Positions 1 through 10,677 of a DNA stretch of 64,000 nt are shown here, piece by piece (the stretch's first letter is position 1; the number at the start of each line of letters is the position of its first letter). The notes beneath the pieces are model-generated. The model had not been told where the DNA came from. It did no database searches and saw only the letters and a program-made list of their open reading frames with translations. The DNA lies in NCBI GenBank assembly GCA_965213625.1, contig CBDBZU010000004.1, positions 4,070,369-4,134,368 on the forward strand, read 5' to 3'. Source of the DNA: a bacterium. Its GTDB lineage: Bacteria; UBA8248. The position numbers were made by a program, and so were the translations under genes.

Positions 1-2
1 AA

Positions 3-35
3 CCCCCCGTCGGGTAAAACCGGCGGGGGGTTTTC
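3..35 (+). terminator. Intrinsic terminator hairpin
   Basis: CCCCCCGTCGG-GTAAAA-CCGGCGGGGGG followed by TTTTT; lies just beyond the stop of the convergent minus-strand gene. Confidence 0.75.
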
Positions 36-55
36 AGTGCACAGATGCGATGCGT

Positions 56-1150
56 CTACAAATCTTTTACATAGATGCTGAGCCCCATCCGCCCTGTTGA
101 CCCGCCAGGTTGTGGATCCGAAATCTTATCCGTCTGAATCACTCCTGCGCCATCCACGGCCCGCACCGTTACCGGAAAAAATCCGTTTCCCTTAAAGCGC
201 ATAGGAAAAGCCCAGATGCTCCAGGCGAGAGGCCCCAGAGGCTTTTTCAGCAATGCAGGCGCCCAGGGCCGCAAATGCCTCCCCTGCCCATAAGTCACTT
301 CCACCTTGCGGATTCCCCGCTCGCCCGCGAAAGCCGAGCCCACGAGCCAGATTTCCGCCGCCCGGATCTCAACGCGCCTTCTGGGAGCCTCGAATCGGCT
401 GAGCGTCTCGACAATCGCCTCATCCGACCAGCCGCGCCTTTGCCAGTAGCCGCCATGGCCCTTCACCGTAATCTCAATAGATTCAATCCACTTGACGTTC
501 TTGAGGCCATAGGTTCCCGGCACGAGGAGCCTGAGCGGAGCGCCATGATCCCGCGGTAGATACTCCCCGTTCATCCGGGTGCAGAGGAGCGTTCTCGAAT
601 CCAGGGCCTGCTCCAGGGATATGGAATCATGGTATCCGTCCGCCGCACGAAAAATCACCCTGGCGGCGACCGAGCGGCGCACACTTTCCGGGGCGCCCGC
701 GCGTTCGATGAGGCTTCTGAGCGGCACACCTTCCCACAGGGCGTTCCCAATCTGCCCGCCGCCCACCGGGTTCCCGATGCAGGTCATCGTCGCCCAGGTT
801 TTCTCTCGGCGCAGCGCGCTAAAATCCGCGTAAGTAACAGAAATTGGATGTGTTACATCACCTTTGAAATTAAGCCGCCATTCCCGGCGGGAGAGATTGG
901 GCGGTGAATGCCCGATGCTCTGCACGTAGAATTTATCATTCGCCTTGACTTCGGGAACGACGCGCGCGGCGAAATCGAGAATGTCCTCTCCGGGCCTTGG
1001 CGTCTCGACGGGGCGGCTGTTCAACCAGTCGAACAGGCGGCCCGTCATCGAGGCTTTCGCATCGCGCGGAATACCAATAATGGCCAGTGGGGCGATTCCC
1101 GCCATATTCTGCAGCATACGGCGTCTGGAAATACTCATGGCGCTCCTCAA
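56..1150 (-). CDS. Tat-exported molybdopterin-dependent oxidoreductase, sulfite oxidase family (MsrP/SoxC-like)
   Basis: Twin-arginine signal SRRRMLQ; TMTCIGN Mo-ligand Cys; NALWEGVPL, DHGAPLRLLVPG, GLKNVKWI, GYWQRRGW motifs; C-terminal dimerisation domain. True start may be 1138. Confidence 0.88.
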   Translation of the reverse strand: MRSAMSISRRRMLQNMAGIAPLAIIGIPRDAKASMTGRLFDWLNSRPVETPRPGEDILDFAARVVPEVKANDKFYVQSIGHSPPNLSRREWRLNFKGDVTHPISVTYADFSALRREKTWATMTCIGNPVGGGQIGNALWEGVPLRSLIERAGAPESVRRSVAARVIFRAADGYHDSISLEQALDSRTLLCTRMNGEYLPRDHGAPLRLLVPGTYGLKNVKWIESIEITVKGHGGYWQRRGWSDEAIVETLSRFEAPRRRVEIRAAEIWLVGSAFAGERGIRKVEVTYGQGRHLRPWAPALLKKPLGPLAWSIWAFPMRFKGNGFFPVTVRAVDGAGVIQTDKISDPQPGGSTGRMGLSIYVKDL

Positions 1151-1555
1151 GGAGAAAACCGCCTCCGATTCTACGATAAATCCGCCGATTCACGAAATTT
1201 CCCCGCAACTCCCCGCCATTGCGCGCATTTGCCGTCATTGAGTGAGGCGAGGGCCATGGCAGAATTCCCCTGCGCCGCTTTTCGGCTGCGTCTTTTCCCA
1301 GGAATTTAATTTACCGATATTTATCGAAAGACGCGTTCACGATTACGCCTCATGGTCAATGGTACGACTGCATGCGACCATGTATGATAAGTCCCTGTTA
1401 TCAAGGCATTAATTACCATGTTCTATTTCTCGCTTCCTCTTGCGTTTACGTCAATATTACGCTTTAATAGACTCACGTTTGATGTCAGACGTATGCGATT
1501 TGATTACGGATCACCTGTACCCTCAGGTCTGTGACACGATTTCCAGGGAGCGCCC

Positions 1556-2737
1556 ATGCCCAGAAGAAGCAATATCAAGCTTACCAAACGCGTCGTCGAG
1601 GCGCTATCTGTCGAGAGGAACGACGGAGCCTTCTGGGACCGGGACCTGGCCGGCTTCGGGGTGCGGGTCTACGCCACGGGCCGGAAGGTCTACGTGGTGC
1701 AGTCACGTGGGCCGTGGGGACCCAAGCGCGTGACGCTCGGCCGTCACGGGGAGCTGTCGTGCGATGAGGCGAGGAAGGCGGCGGCCGGTGTCATCGACCG
1801 CATCAGGCGCGGAGAGGCTCCCGTTGCCGCGCCACCCGAGGCGGAACCAACGGTGGCCGATCTGGTCGAGCGCTTCATGCGCGAACATGCCGGGACGCAC
1901 TGCAAGCCCGATACCGCCGTGATGTACCGCTCCGTGAGCATGAATCACATCCTTCCGGCGCTGGGCGGGACGCCGCTCGCCGAGGTCGGGCGGGCGGAGG
2001 TCACGGCCCTCCATCACGGTCTGCGCGAGACGCCCGCCACCGCCAACGCGGCCCTGGGCCTTCTCTCTAAAATGTTCAAGATGGCCGAGGCGTGGGGCCT
2101 GGTTCCTGCCGGGAGCAACCCGTGCCGGGGGCTTCGCCGCTACCGGACGCGGAAGCGGGAGCGGTTTCTGACGAAAGAGGAATTCCGCCGCCTGGGCCGG
2201 GCGCTACGTGACCTGGAGGCGGAGGGGAGGATGTGGCCCCCTGCCGTCGCGGCCATCAGGCTCCTTGCGCTTACCGGATGCAGGCGGAGCGAGATCCTGG
2301 ATCTTCGCTGGGACGATGTGGACCGCACGGCGGGGGAGTTCAGGCTCAAGGACGCCAAGGCGGGTCCTCGCATGGTTCCGCTGACGGCGCCCGCGCTCAG
2401 GGTGCTGGACGGGATTCCCCGCTCGCCGGAGGATCCCTGGGTGATCCCCTCGAAGTACGGGAGAGGCCGCCTGGGGAACCTCTCCTACTACTGGGGGGCC
2501 GTGAGGGAGAGCGCGGAGTTGGACGACGTTCGGATCCATGACCTGAGGCATTCCTACGCCTCGCGGGCGCTGGCGCTGGGCGAGAGTCTGTCCACGATCG
2601 GCAGGTTGCTCGGCCATCGTCACGTGGTGAGCACGGCGCGCTACGCGCACCTGATGCGGGACGCCGAGAAGGCGGCGGCCGCCCGGGTGGGCGAGAGCAT
2701 CAGCGCCCACGTCACGAACGGGAGGATGGATGGATGA
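1556..2737 (+). CDS. Tyrosine recombinase/integrase with Arm-DNA-binding (DUF4102-type) N-terminus
   Basis: WDRDLAGFGVRV arm-binding motif; catalytic TGCRRSEI, DAKAG, HDLRH, LGH, RYAH all intact. Confidence 0.93.
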   Translation: MPRRSNIKLTKRVVEALSVERNDGAFWDRDLAGFGVRVYATGRKVYVVQSRGPWGPKRVTLGRHGELSCDEARKAAAGVIDRIRRGEAPVAAPPEAEPTVADLVERFMREHAGTHCKPDTAVMYRSVSMNHILPALGGTPLAEVGRAEVTALHHGLRETPATANAALGLLSKMFKMAEAWGLVPAGSNPCRGLRRYRTRKRERFLTKEEFRRLGRALRDLEAEGRMWPPAVAAIRLLALTGCRRSEILDLRWDDVDRTAGEFRLKDAKAGPRMVPLTAPALRVLDGIPRSPEDPWVIPSKYGRGRLGNLSYYWGAVRESAELDDVRIHDLRHSYASRALALGESLSTIGRLLGHRHVVSTARYAHLMRDAEKAAAARVGESISAHVTNGRMDG

Positions 2738-3903
2738 CGACGAGGCCCGCTGTGAAAACGCTCTCGAACCGGCTGGTCGCGAAGCTCACGGTCGAAAAGG
2801 ACACTGTTTTCTGGGATCGCGACCTCACCGGCTTCGGGGTGCGGGTATATCCCACGGGGAGCAAGGTCTACGTCGCGCAGGCGCGTGGCCCCGAAGGCCC
2901 CAGGCGCGTGACGGTGGGCCGCCACGGCGTGATACATGCCGATGAGGCCAGGAAGCGCGCCGCCCACATCATCGCGCGCGTCAAGGCGGGCGAGGAGGCC
3001 GTGCCCAAGCCGATGAACCCCGCAGGCGGTCCCACCGTGGCCGAACTCGCGAGACGCTATCTCGCCGAATACGTCTCCGTGCGCTGCAAGCCGAGCACAG
3101 CGAAGACGGTCCGCTCCGTGGTTCTGAAGCACGTCGTGCCTGCGCTCGGGAAGCTGCCCCTCGCGTCGGTCGAACGCAAGCACGTGGCGGAACTCCACGG
3201 GCAGCTGAGCACCACGCCCGCGGCCGCTAACCAGGCCGTCCGGGCGCTGTCCGCCATGTATCGCCTGGCAGGGGAGTGGGGCATGGTTCCAGAGGGGACG
3301 AATCCCTGCCGCGCCATCGCCGAATACCCCGGGCGCAGGCGGGAGCGGTTCCTCACCGCGGCTGAGTTCGAGCGGCTTGGGAAAACCCTCGATGAAACGG
3401 AAGAGAAGGGCGGCGCGTCGGAGAGCGCGGTGACCGCCATCAGGCTCCTGATCCTGACCGGGTGCCGGAAGTCGGAGGTCCTTGGCTTAAGCTGGGAGGA
3501 GGTGGCGCTTGACGATGCGGAACTGAGGCTCTCCGACTCCAAGACGGGTGCGCGGGTCGTTTCGCTTTCGGAACCCGCCGTGAAACTCCTCGCGGGTCTG
3601 CCACGCCTCCCCCGCAATCCCTGGGTGCTCCCCGGCAGGAAGCCCGGGACGCACCTTCGAAAGCTGGACGACACCTGGCAGTCCGTCCGCGCACGCGCCG
3701 GGCTTCACGACGTGCGCCTTCATGACCTGCGTCATTCGTTCGCCTCGAGAGCGCTCGCGCTCGGCGAGGGCCTCACCGTGATCGGGAAGCTCCTGGGCCA
3801 CGCCAGGATCGAGACCACCTCGCGCTACGCGCATCTCGCGCGCGATTCGGTGCGGGAGTCCGCAGAGCGTGTGGCGGAGAGTATCGCCGAAGACCTGCTG
3901 TAG
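2734..3903 (+). CDS. Second tandem tyrosine recombinase/integrase (DUF4102-type)
   Basis: ATGA overlap with upstream integrase; WDRDLTGFGVRV; TGCRKSEV, DSKTG, HDLRH, LGH, RYAH intact. Confidence 0.93.
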   Translation: MTTRPAVKTLSNRLVAKLTVEKDTVFWDRDLTGFGVRVYPTGSKVYVAQARGPEGPRRVTVGRHGVIHADEARKRAAHIIARVKAGEEAVPKPMNPAGGPTVAELARRYLAEYVSVRCKPSTAKTVRSVVLKHVVPALGKLPLASVERKHVAELHGQLSTTPAAANQAVRALSAMYRLAGEWGMVPEGTNPCRAIAEYPGRRRERFLTAAEFERLGKTLDETEEKGGASESAVTAIRLLILTGCRKSEVLGLSWEEVALDDAELRLSDSKTGARVVSLSEPAVKLLAGLPRLPRNPWVLPGRKPGTHLRKLDDTWQSVRARAGLHDVRLHDLRHSFASRALALGEGLTVIGKLLGHARIETTSRYAHLARDSVRESAERVAESIAEDLL

Positions 3904-4228
3904 GGCGCCGTCTTGTTGCCGCTGGAATCTCATCCTGCGCATTCGGCGGGGTGTCCCGAACCGGCATCGAGGCGCCGTCGATTCCGCCGATGTGAATAAA
4001 CCCATCGAAAGAACCTGACGGTCATCCAGGTCGTCCCGTATCACTCAACGCACCGATGTCGCCATTTCCGCCAGCGCCCGCCTTCGCATGAACGGACGGG
4101 AAGTCCCGTAACTAAAGGGTCTTACGGCCCGTTCCGCCCCGCGCCGCCGCGCGGCGGTTCGGAGACTGTCTCCTCAAGTGCGCGGCGGGCGCTGCCGCTC
4201 AAGCGCCGCTCGGGCTAAATGTCGAAGG

Positions 4229-4444
4229 CTAAACAGCTTTCATCAGCGCCACCAATGGCGAGACGACCACCGTCAGTCCGCCCGTGACGAGCGCAGGGAT
4301 CTGAAAGCAAAGCGACTTGCCCGATCCCGTCGGCATCACGGCGAGCGCGCTGTGTCCTTCGAGCGTCCCGATCACGGCCTCCTGGCCCGGCCGGAACTCC
4401 CGGAACCCGAACGTCTCGGCCAGCGCGCTTCGCGCGGCGGCCAT
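4229..4444 (-). pseudogene. recQ: N-terminal fragment of a RecQ-family helicase
   Basis: [14 protein letters not shown]...[18 protein letters not shown]...[11 protein letters not shown] (RecQ motifs 0, I, Ia), then a stop after 71 aa. Confidence 0.8.
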
Positions 4445-4661
4445 CGGCCCGCTCACCGGGGGATCGCCAAAGGGATTCGTGTCGGCGCTCAAGATGCCGG
4501 CCGAACCCTGCGGGTGATTTTCAGAGAAGGAACAAGGAAAATTCGAAAACGGTTCGCTCGGGTCCAATTCGTTCGTCTCGACAGGCGGTTCGCGCTCATA
4601 CGGGCGGGCGGGATGAATATACGGGTTCGCCGGAGACAGGGCAAAGGCGAATGCGGACACC

Positions 4662-5363
4662 TCACATCCTGCGCACAACCCAGAGCGCCTTGCCGAGGAA
4701 GTGAACGTCATCGGCCAGGCGCGTATAGGGCGGATACTCGGGGTTTTCCGATACGAGGCGGAGGCGGCGTGGATCATCGTCCTCGCCGGGCGCCACGTCC
4801 ACCTTCTTCACCACGATCCCGCTCCCGTCCCACAGGACGAAGGTCTCCCCCGTGGCGGGGGTCTTTTGTGAGACATCGACCACGATCCGGTCACCCTCTC
4901 TCATATCGGGTTCCATCGAGTCCCCGCGCACCCGGATGATGCGCAGGTTCTCGGGATCAGCGCCCCCCTCGTGGCGGATCATGTTCGCGGGCCAGCCCCA
5001 CCGTGCGGTCTCCGTCTCGAAGCCGGATTCGAACGCGCCTGCGCCCGCCGCCGCCTCGACCGTGACTTCGGGTACGGTCGCGATCGGCCGTGTGGGATGT
5101 TTCCTCCTGTAGGGTTTTCGTTCGGGGAGCTTCTCGTGGCGGATTTCGGCGGGATCACATCCCAGCAGTTCGCCCAGCACCTCCCCGTCCCGGTAGCCGA
5201 GCACGGCGGGAGAGCCGCGCTCCACGTACTGCTGGAGATAGGCCCTGTTGCGTCCGAGGGCGGTGGACGCTGCCGCCAGGGTCAGGCCGTTTCGCCTGAG
5301 CAGGTCCTTTAGTCTCAAGCGGAGCGGATCGTTCCTGATTGCCTCTTTTTCCTCTTCGTTCAT
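4662..5363 (-). CDS. CI/LexA-like repressor, HTH plus S24 autopeptidase
   Basis: N-terminal HTH ([16 protein letters not shown]); AAAGAG cleavage-site region; VRGDSMEP Ser and VVKKV Lys catalytic dyad. Confidence 0.85.
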   Translation of the reverse strand: MNEEEKEAIRNDPLRLRLKDLLRRNGLTLAAASTALGRNRAYLQQYVERGSPAVLGYRDGEVLGELLGCDPAEIRHEKLPERKPYRRKHPTRPIATVPEVTVEAAAGAGAFESGFETETARWGWPANMIRHEGGADPENLRIIRVRGDSMEPDMREGDRIVVDVSQKTPATGETFVLWDGSGIVVKKVDVAPGEDDDPRRLRLVSENPEYPPYTRLADDVHFLGKALWVVRRM

Positions 5364-5463
5364 GGCGTCTCCTCGTAGATTTTTTTATCAAACCCCCGCG
5401 CAGGGGGACGTGGGCGTGAGCGCGTTTGGACTCGAAATGTAGGTTATATCCTATATATAATTC

Positions 5464-5497
5464 TTGCAAGCGATTATATTTCGTATTATATACGTAT
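5464..5497 (+). promoter_or_regulatory. Putative sigma70 promoter/operator between the repressor and the divergent Cro-like gene
   Basis: AT-rich; TTGCAA-N17-TATATA ending 7 nt before ATG 5500; overlaps a 19-bp motif also found at 28686-28704. Confidence 0.45.
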
Positions 5498-5499
5498 CC

Positions 5500-5688
5500 A
5501 TGAAGAAGATCGAACCCCGCACCGGAACGGATCCGGACGAACAATTGAGAATGGACATTGAAGCCTGGATCGCGCGCCATAGACTGAGCGCCACGCGCTT
5601 CGGGAGGGACGCGCTGGGACAGGCCTTCGAAGCGAGGCGAAAATCTTCCTCTCCTCGAACGGAGCGGTTGGACATTTCGACGGGGTGA
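5500..5688 (+). pseudogene. Truncated Cro-like small DNA-binding protein
   Basis: DIEAWIARHRLSATRFGRDALG aligns with the repeats of the 27707-28441 protein (VAAWCARHGVSARYLGRAALGDP), then similarity stops. Confidence 0.55.
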
Positions 5689-5728
5689 AACTCCGATTGT
5701 CGGGCGCCGATGAAACCCGGTCGTGATT

Positions 5729-8569
5729 CTACGGCATCTCCAGCCCTCGATCTGATCGAGTCTTCTCCATCGCCGGCGACCGCCGCTCGATTGACTGCGT
5801 CGCCTCGTTTGGCTTCTCGGCCCCGATGCTCGCGGTTTTGCCCGCTCCGAGTACCTCCAGGGCTGCGATGCGCTCCCCCGTCGCGGCTTCGAGCCGCTCG
5901 CGCAGCGCTCTTGCGTCGTCCGTCACGAGTTCCGCCCGGTCCCGGGCGCGGCTGATCTCGACGTAGAGCGTCTTCTGGTTGGTGAGCTCGGGGTGGTTCG
6001 CTTCCATGGCGGCGATGACGGTATCGACCGTTCTGCCCTGGAAGGCATGGACGGTCGAGGCCCATGCGCGGTCGACGTGGCGAAGCTGGAGATCGGCGCT
6101 CGTCATGTCCAGGACGCGCCCGTCCTCGATGCGGAAGGTGACGCGCCCGCCCCTGACGTCCGTCACTTCGGCGGCCTGGCTGTTCATGAGACCGAGGTCC
6201 GGATCGTTCCGGGTCCAGCGGACCTTGTCGCCCTGGCGCAGTTCCATATGCTCGACCTTGTAGACCTCGACACCGCCGGTACGCGCCGCGAGACGGCCGG
6301 GCTCCCAGCGGATTTCACGCCCATCCTTCCCTTCCAGTTTCACCGCGTCGTTCGCGTGGTCGACGCCCGCCACGCGCAACTCGTCTCCCTTCTCGACGCC
6401 GATGCGCTTGTAGGGGCGATGGAAGGCGACCACGTCGCCTGGCGCGTAGTTCGCGGCGAGCGATTTCTCGGGGTTGGTGTAGCCGCGCGAGACGAGGCGC
6501 TGCGTGAGGAAGGCCGGGCCGTGGACGACGCCGTCCCTGACCAGGCGCTCGCGGACGATGGCGTTGATCTTCTCGCGGATTGCGTGGCTCGGCGCCATGA
6601 GTCCGGCGTTCGCCCGCGCCTCTTGCGGGAGCGCAAGCCATCGCGCGGCGGCGGCGCCCGCGAGGTTGTCGGGTTTCACCTCGGCCACGTTGGAACCCAG
6701 TTTCTCGAAGGCGCGCTTCACGTCGCCCGCGAGCGTGGCCTCGACGGCGGCTTTGAGATCGGGGTCACGCTGGCGCATGATCTCGTTCATGGTCGCCGTC
6801 TTCATGCCCGCGGCCTGTAGCTGCGCGAAGGGTTTGCCGGCGTCGACGGCGTCCAGTTGTTTCGCGTCGCCCACGAGCACGACCCGGGGCAGGCGCAAGG
6901 TCTGCGAGATACGCAGGAGCTCGCGCATCTCGCGCGTCGATGCGAGGGAACCCTCGTCCACCACGAGAGCGGTCTTCGCGTAGCCCGCGCGCAAGTGTTT
7001 TTGGGCTTTCCTCGTGAGACTGCCCCGGGCGACGTCTGTATATCGCGTGAGGAAACGCTGGAGCGTCTCGCTCCCGATCCCGGCCTCGGCTTCGAGGGTC
7101 CTTGCGGCCGAGGCCGAGGGCGCCAGGCCCCGGACCTCGTAGCCGCGCTTCTCGAAAAGCGCGCGGGCGCGCTTTAACATCTTCGTCTTGCCGACGCCCG
7201 CGTAGCCCTGCACACCGACGACGCGGTCGGAGTCGGTGAGGATCAGCTTGACGGCCTCGCGCTGGCCATGGGTCAGCGGTCCGTTTCTGAGCGCCTTGTC
7301 AACGGCACGGCCGCGCATGGCGGGCGCGCCCCGTCCGCGTCCTGCCTCCACCAGGGCGATGGTCTCGCGCTCCGCCGCCGCGGCCTTCTCCGTCGTAATC
7401 ATGTCCTTCACTCCGGGCAAGTCCGCCGCCTGCAGGACGCCGGTTTTTTCGAGTCTCTCCACCTCGCGCACAGCACCCGCCATCGACACCGCGCCGGGCC
7501 GCCAGGCGAGCGCGCCCGCGAGCAGAGCGGCGCGGTCGAAGACCGCCTCTCTTTCCGAGAGATGCGCGACGGCCCATTCCACGGCCTCGCGGGCGGGTTC
7601 GATGTCCGCCGCGCTCCGGCCGGCGTCGCGGGATACGGCCCTCCTCTCCATCGCCTGCGCCTTGAGGGCGACGGCGTCGAAGCCGAGATCAGCGGCCTGC
7701 TTCTCCCATACAGCCATGAGCGTCCCCTTGTCGGCTTCCCGCTTGGGGTCCCGCGTCATGAGTGCGGCCCGCTGGGCGGCGCGCTGGTTCTCAGACGTCT
7801 TGCCGAGTCCGCGTTCTTCCATCGCCTTCTCGATCTCCGCCCGCCTGGTCGAGAACGCCTCGATCACGTCCCTGGGGACGCCCTCGACCTCGAAGCGCCC
7901 GTCGGCGTGGGTCTTCTCGACCCGGTAGCCGAAGTTTTCGAGACCCCGGGCGAGTTCGGCCCGGTAGTGGGCGCCGATCAGCATCTTGCTCGCATAGAGT
8001 TTTTCGTTGGACATGGTCCTCCACTTGCCGTCCGTCCCCCGGACCATGTTGGCGATTACCGCGTGCGTGTGGAGCAGGGGGTCCAGATTGCGCGAGGTGT
8101 CGTGTCGGAAGGTCGCGACCACGCTCTTCTGGTCCCCCGTACGGACTATCTGTCCGGTCGCAGGGTCGCTCATCCTGGTCTCGGCGACGTTTCGCTCGAC
8201 CCAGTCGAGGGTGCGCGCCACGGCCACCTGGTGGGCCCAAATCGCGCGTCCGTCGCCGCCCAGGTAGGCCAGCAGCGAGACGGACTTGGGCGCCGAGAGG
8301 GTGAGGTCGCGGCCGGGACGGTGGTGGAACGACCCGTCCTTGCCCGGGCGCCCGAGCCTGCGCCCCGAACCGTCGGGGACCACGCCCTCAAGCACGGAGC
8401 GGAGGGTATCGGGGTCGACCGGACCCGACAGCCCCAGGTCCTCGGCACCCCTGCCGCGCCAGGCGCTCGCCTCCCGGTGGTTCGGGTCTTCCTTCGTGTA
8501 GTAGTCGTCGCGCTCGAAGTAGGAGACACACTGCGCGGGCGCGGCTACGGCGCCGATCGACGCGACCAT
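5729..8569 (-). CDS. traI: MOBF conjugative relaxase-helicase (TrwC/TraI)
   Basis: YFERDDYY tyrosines, DLTLSAPKSVS, HDTSRNLDPLLHTH motif; RecD-like helicase QGYAGVGKT, VVDEGSL, HAFQGRT. Confidence 0.95.
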   Translation of the reverse strand: MVASIGAVAAPAQCVSYFERDDYYTKEDPNHREASAWRGRGAEDLGLSGPVDPDTLRSVLEGVVPDGSGRRLGRPGKDGSFHHRPGRDLTLSAPKSVSLLAYLGGDGRAIWAHQVAVARTLDWVERNVAETRMSDPATGQIVRTGDQKSVVATFRHDTSRNLDPLLHTHAVIANMVRGTDGKWRTMSNEKLYASKMLIGAHYRAELARGLENFGYRVEKTHADGRFEVEGVPRDVIEAFSTRRAEIEKAMEERGLGKTSENQRAAQRAALMTRDPKREADKGTLMAVWEKQAADLGFDAVALKAQAMERRAVSRDAGRSAADIEPAREAVEWAVAHLSEREAVFDRAALLAGALAWRPGAVSMAGAVREVERLEKTGVLQAADLPGVKDMITTEKAAAAERETIALVEAGRGRGAPAMRGRAVDKALRNGPLTHGQREAVKLILTDSDRVVGVQGYAGVGKTKMLKRARALFEKRGYEVRGLAPSASAARTLEAEAGIGSETLQRFLTRYTDVARGSLTRKAQKHLRAGYAKTALVVDEGSLASTREMRELLRISQTLRLPRVVLVGDAKQLDAVDAGKPFAQLQAAGMKTATMNEIMRQRDPDLKAAVEATLAGDVKRAFEKLGSNVAEVKPDNLAGAAAARWLALPQEARANAGLMAPSHAIREKINAIVRERLVRDGVVHGPAFLTQRLVSRGYTNPEKSLAANYAPGDVVAFHRPYKRIGVEKGDELRVAGVDHANDAVKLEGKDGREIRWEPGRLAARTGGVEVYKVEHMELRQGDKVRWTRNDPDLGLMNSQAAEVTDVRGGRVTFRIEDGRVLDMTSADLQLRHVDRAWASTVHAFQGRTVDTVIAAMEANHPELTNQKTLYVEISRARDRAELVTDDARALRERLEAATGERIAALEVLGAGKTASIGAEKPNEATQSIERRSPAMEKTRSDRGLEMP

Positions 8570-8570
8570 T

Positions 8571-10511
8571 TCAGTAGCTCCTCAGGCGATAGCCTTGCGG
8601 CTCCCCGGAGCCGGGCGTGTCGTTTCCGCTCTTTTCCGGCAGGGGAGGAACAGGGCCGCTTTCAGGGTCTGTTTCGTGACCAACGGTCGGAGCAGTCTCC
8701 TCACCGGAGGGAGCGTTCACGGTTTCGGGGGCTTTAGTTCCCGCGCTTTTATTCGCTTCGGAAAGCGACGCTCCCTCTCTCGGGATGAAGCTCTCGGCGG
8801 ATTTGTCTCTCTTCACATAGTCGAGCTCAATGCGGGCTACCGGCCAAGGTCCCGGGAACTTGAGGTAACCGTGCAGATTCTCAAGGCGCATGATCTCGGA
8901 CGGCAGCGCCAGGGGCCGCATCTCGCGGCGCTGGGTGAGCGATACGCCGTCGCGCATCGTGCTCGCCCCGTAGCTCAAGCCCTCCGCGTATTCGGTGACC
9001 TCGCCGCGGCCGAGGCTCTCGGCCGACCAGCGCGCCGTCTCCTGGTCGGGCGCTGCCAGCACCACCCGGGTGCCGCAGAGACCCGATACGGTCTCGGCGC
9101 CGTTTCGCCCGTAGAGATCGCGGAGCGCCGAGAACACCTGGATCCCCAGCACGAAACACCCCCCGAACTGGCGCGATTCGGCGAGACCGGGCTGCAGGCT
9201 GGGCACCTGGTGGAGAGTGGGAAGCTCATCCAGCACAATCCATATCCTGCGCGCGTCGTCCCGGCCGAGGGACAACAAAGCGTTCACGGCGATCTCGAGC
9301 CAGGTCGAGATGAGACCCCGCAGGCTCGCGTGCTGATCCCCCCGCGAGGTCAGGAACAGGAAGCCCGATTCGTTCTCCCGCTCCACCCATTCCCGAATCG
9401 AAAACGGCTTCCCTGAATCGGGCAGGCACTCGAGCGCGCCCAGGTGCGCGGTCAGCATGGCCCGCACCGACAGCGCGGTCTTGGGGTTCTCGGGGTCCAC
9501 GATGGACTGCGCCACCGTGCCCTCCATGGCCTCCGCGAGGGCAGTCAACTCTGTCTTGAGCAGGTGTTTTACGAGTACGCTGTTCTCCGTCACGCCGCGT
9601 TTCCAGAGCACGCCCGCGCCGTTCGCGAACAGCTGCCGCGCGGCCGTGACCCAGAAAGGGTCCACCGTGTCCTTCTGCTGGGGAATGAGCGCTGCCGCCA
9701 TCGTGTCGAAGTCCCTGGGCGTCCTGGCTTCCAGAAAGGGAGACCACCGCGGCGCACGGGCATCCAGGGGATTCATCAGTACGTCGCGCGCGGGGTCGAA
9801 GAAAGCCCGCGTGTAGCTTCCCATCTTGTCGTAGAGGATGCATCGCTCCCCCCGGGCGCGTATCTGCGCGACCAGGTCCGAGATCAGGACAGTCTTTCCC
9901 GAACCCGTGGTGCCCGAGACGATGGTGTGCTGGGTCTCGGCTCTCTTCGGCCAGGGGACGCCCGCGATGCGGGGCGTGGACTTGCGCGCGGCCGGGAAGA
10001 ATCTTTCCGTCAGGCGGGAGAAGAGAGGCGTAACGCTTCTGGCGAGCGCTTTCGCAGTCGTCATCTCCGCGCCCCTGATCCGCCTCGCGCGGGCCATGCG
10101 CCTGCCCAGCAGCCAGAAGGTGACGATGAATGCGGCCACGCACGAGAGCCCCAGCCAGAGGCCCAGCCACGCTTTCGTATGAATGATAGCGAGAAACCGC
10201 CTCCTGATGCGCTCGATCCTGGGGTCGGACGCGATCAGGGAGATGGATTCGATCACCTGCACGCCTTCTCCCCACTCGTATACCTGGCCCGAATCGGGGG
10301 AATAGCCGATGGCGAGCTTGGCTTCGGCGAGGGTGCCGAGTCCCACCACGCGCCATTCGTGCGCGCTCGTCGTCGTGTAGAGGCTCACCGCAGGGGTCAG
10401 GACGATGGCGAGTACGAGACCCACGACGCCCCAGCGGGCGAGCTGGCCCCACATGCGGGCGTCGTGCAGCAGCGTCTGGCCGCCCCGCAGGGTGGCGTTT
10501 CCGATGGTCAT
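8571..10511 (-). CDS. traD: Type IV coupling protein
   Basis: Two TM segments; Walker A GTTGSGKT; YDKMGSY; LDELPTL; SRQFGGCFVLGIQ. Start chosen at AAGGAG-preceded ATG 10511. Confidence 0.93.
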   Translation of the reverse strand: MTIGNATLRGGQTLLHDARMWGQLARWGVVGLVLAIVLTPAVSLYTTTSAHEWRVVGLGTLAEAKLAIGYSPDSGQVYEWGEGVQVIESISLIASDPRIERIRRRFLAIIHTKAWLGLWLGLSCVAAFIVTFWLLGRRMARARRIRGAEMTTAKALARSVTPLFSRLTERFFPAARKSTPRIAGVPWPKRAETQHTIVSGTTGSGKTVLISDLVAQIRARGERCILYDKMGSYTRAFFDPARDVLMNPLDARAPRWSPFLEARTPRDFDTMAAALIPQQKDTVDPFWVTAARQLFANGAGVLWKRGVTENSVLVKHLLKTELTALAEAMEGTVAQSIVDPENPKTALSVRAMLTAHLGALECLPDSGKPFSIREWVERENESGFLFLTSRGDQHASLRGLISTWLEIAVNALLSLGRDDARRIWIVLDELPTLHQVPSLQPGLAESRQFGGCFVLGIQVFSALRDLYGRNGAETVSGLCGTRVVLAAPDQETARWSAESLGRGEVTEYAEGLSYGASTMRDGVSLTQRREMRPLALPSEIMRLENLHGYLKFPGPWPVARIELDYVKRDKSAESFIPREGASLSEANKSAGTKAPETVNAPSGEETAPTVGHETDPESGPVPPLPEKSGNDTPGSGEPQGYRLRSY

Positions 10512-10677
10512 CCGATTCTCCTTTTTCATACTGTCTGGATGGTCGTGCTGCCGGTGTCCCGGCCTCGCGATGCGCCGCACAGAGGTCGAGGAGGGTGGGG
10601 CGGGGGCGTAAGAGCGGGGTCCGGGGAGAGTCCCTGGCCACGATAACCGTTGAATTGCAATTCATGAGGAGCCACCC

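Noticed and set aside
1556-3903. RIT (recombinase-in-trio) element
   Set aside because: Only two genes, both long arm-binding-type integrases, and no terminal IRs seen
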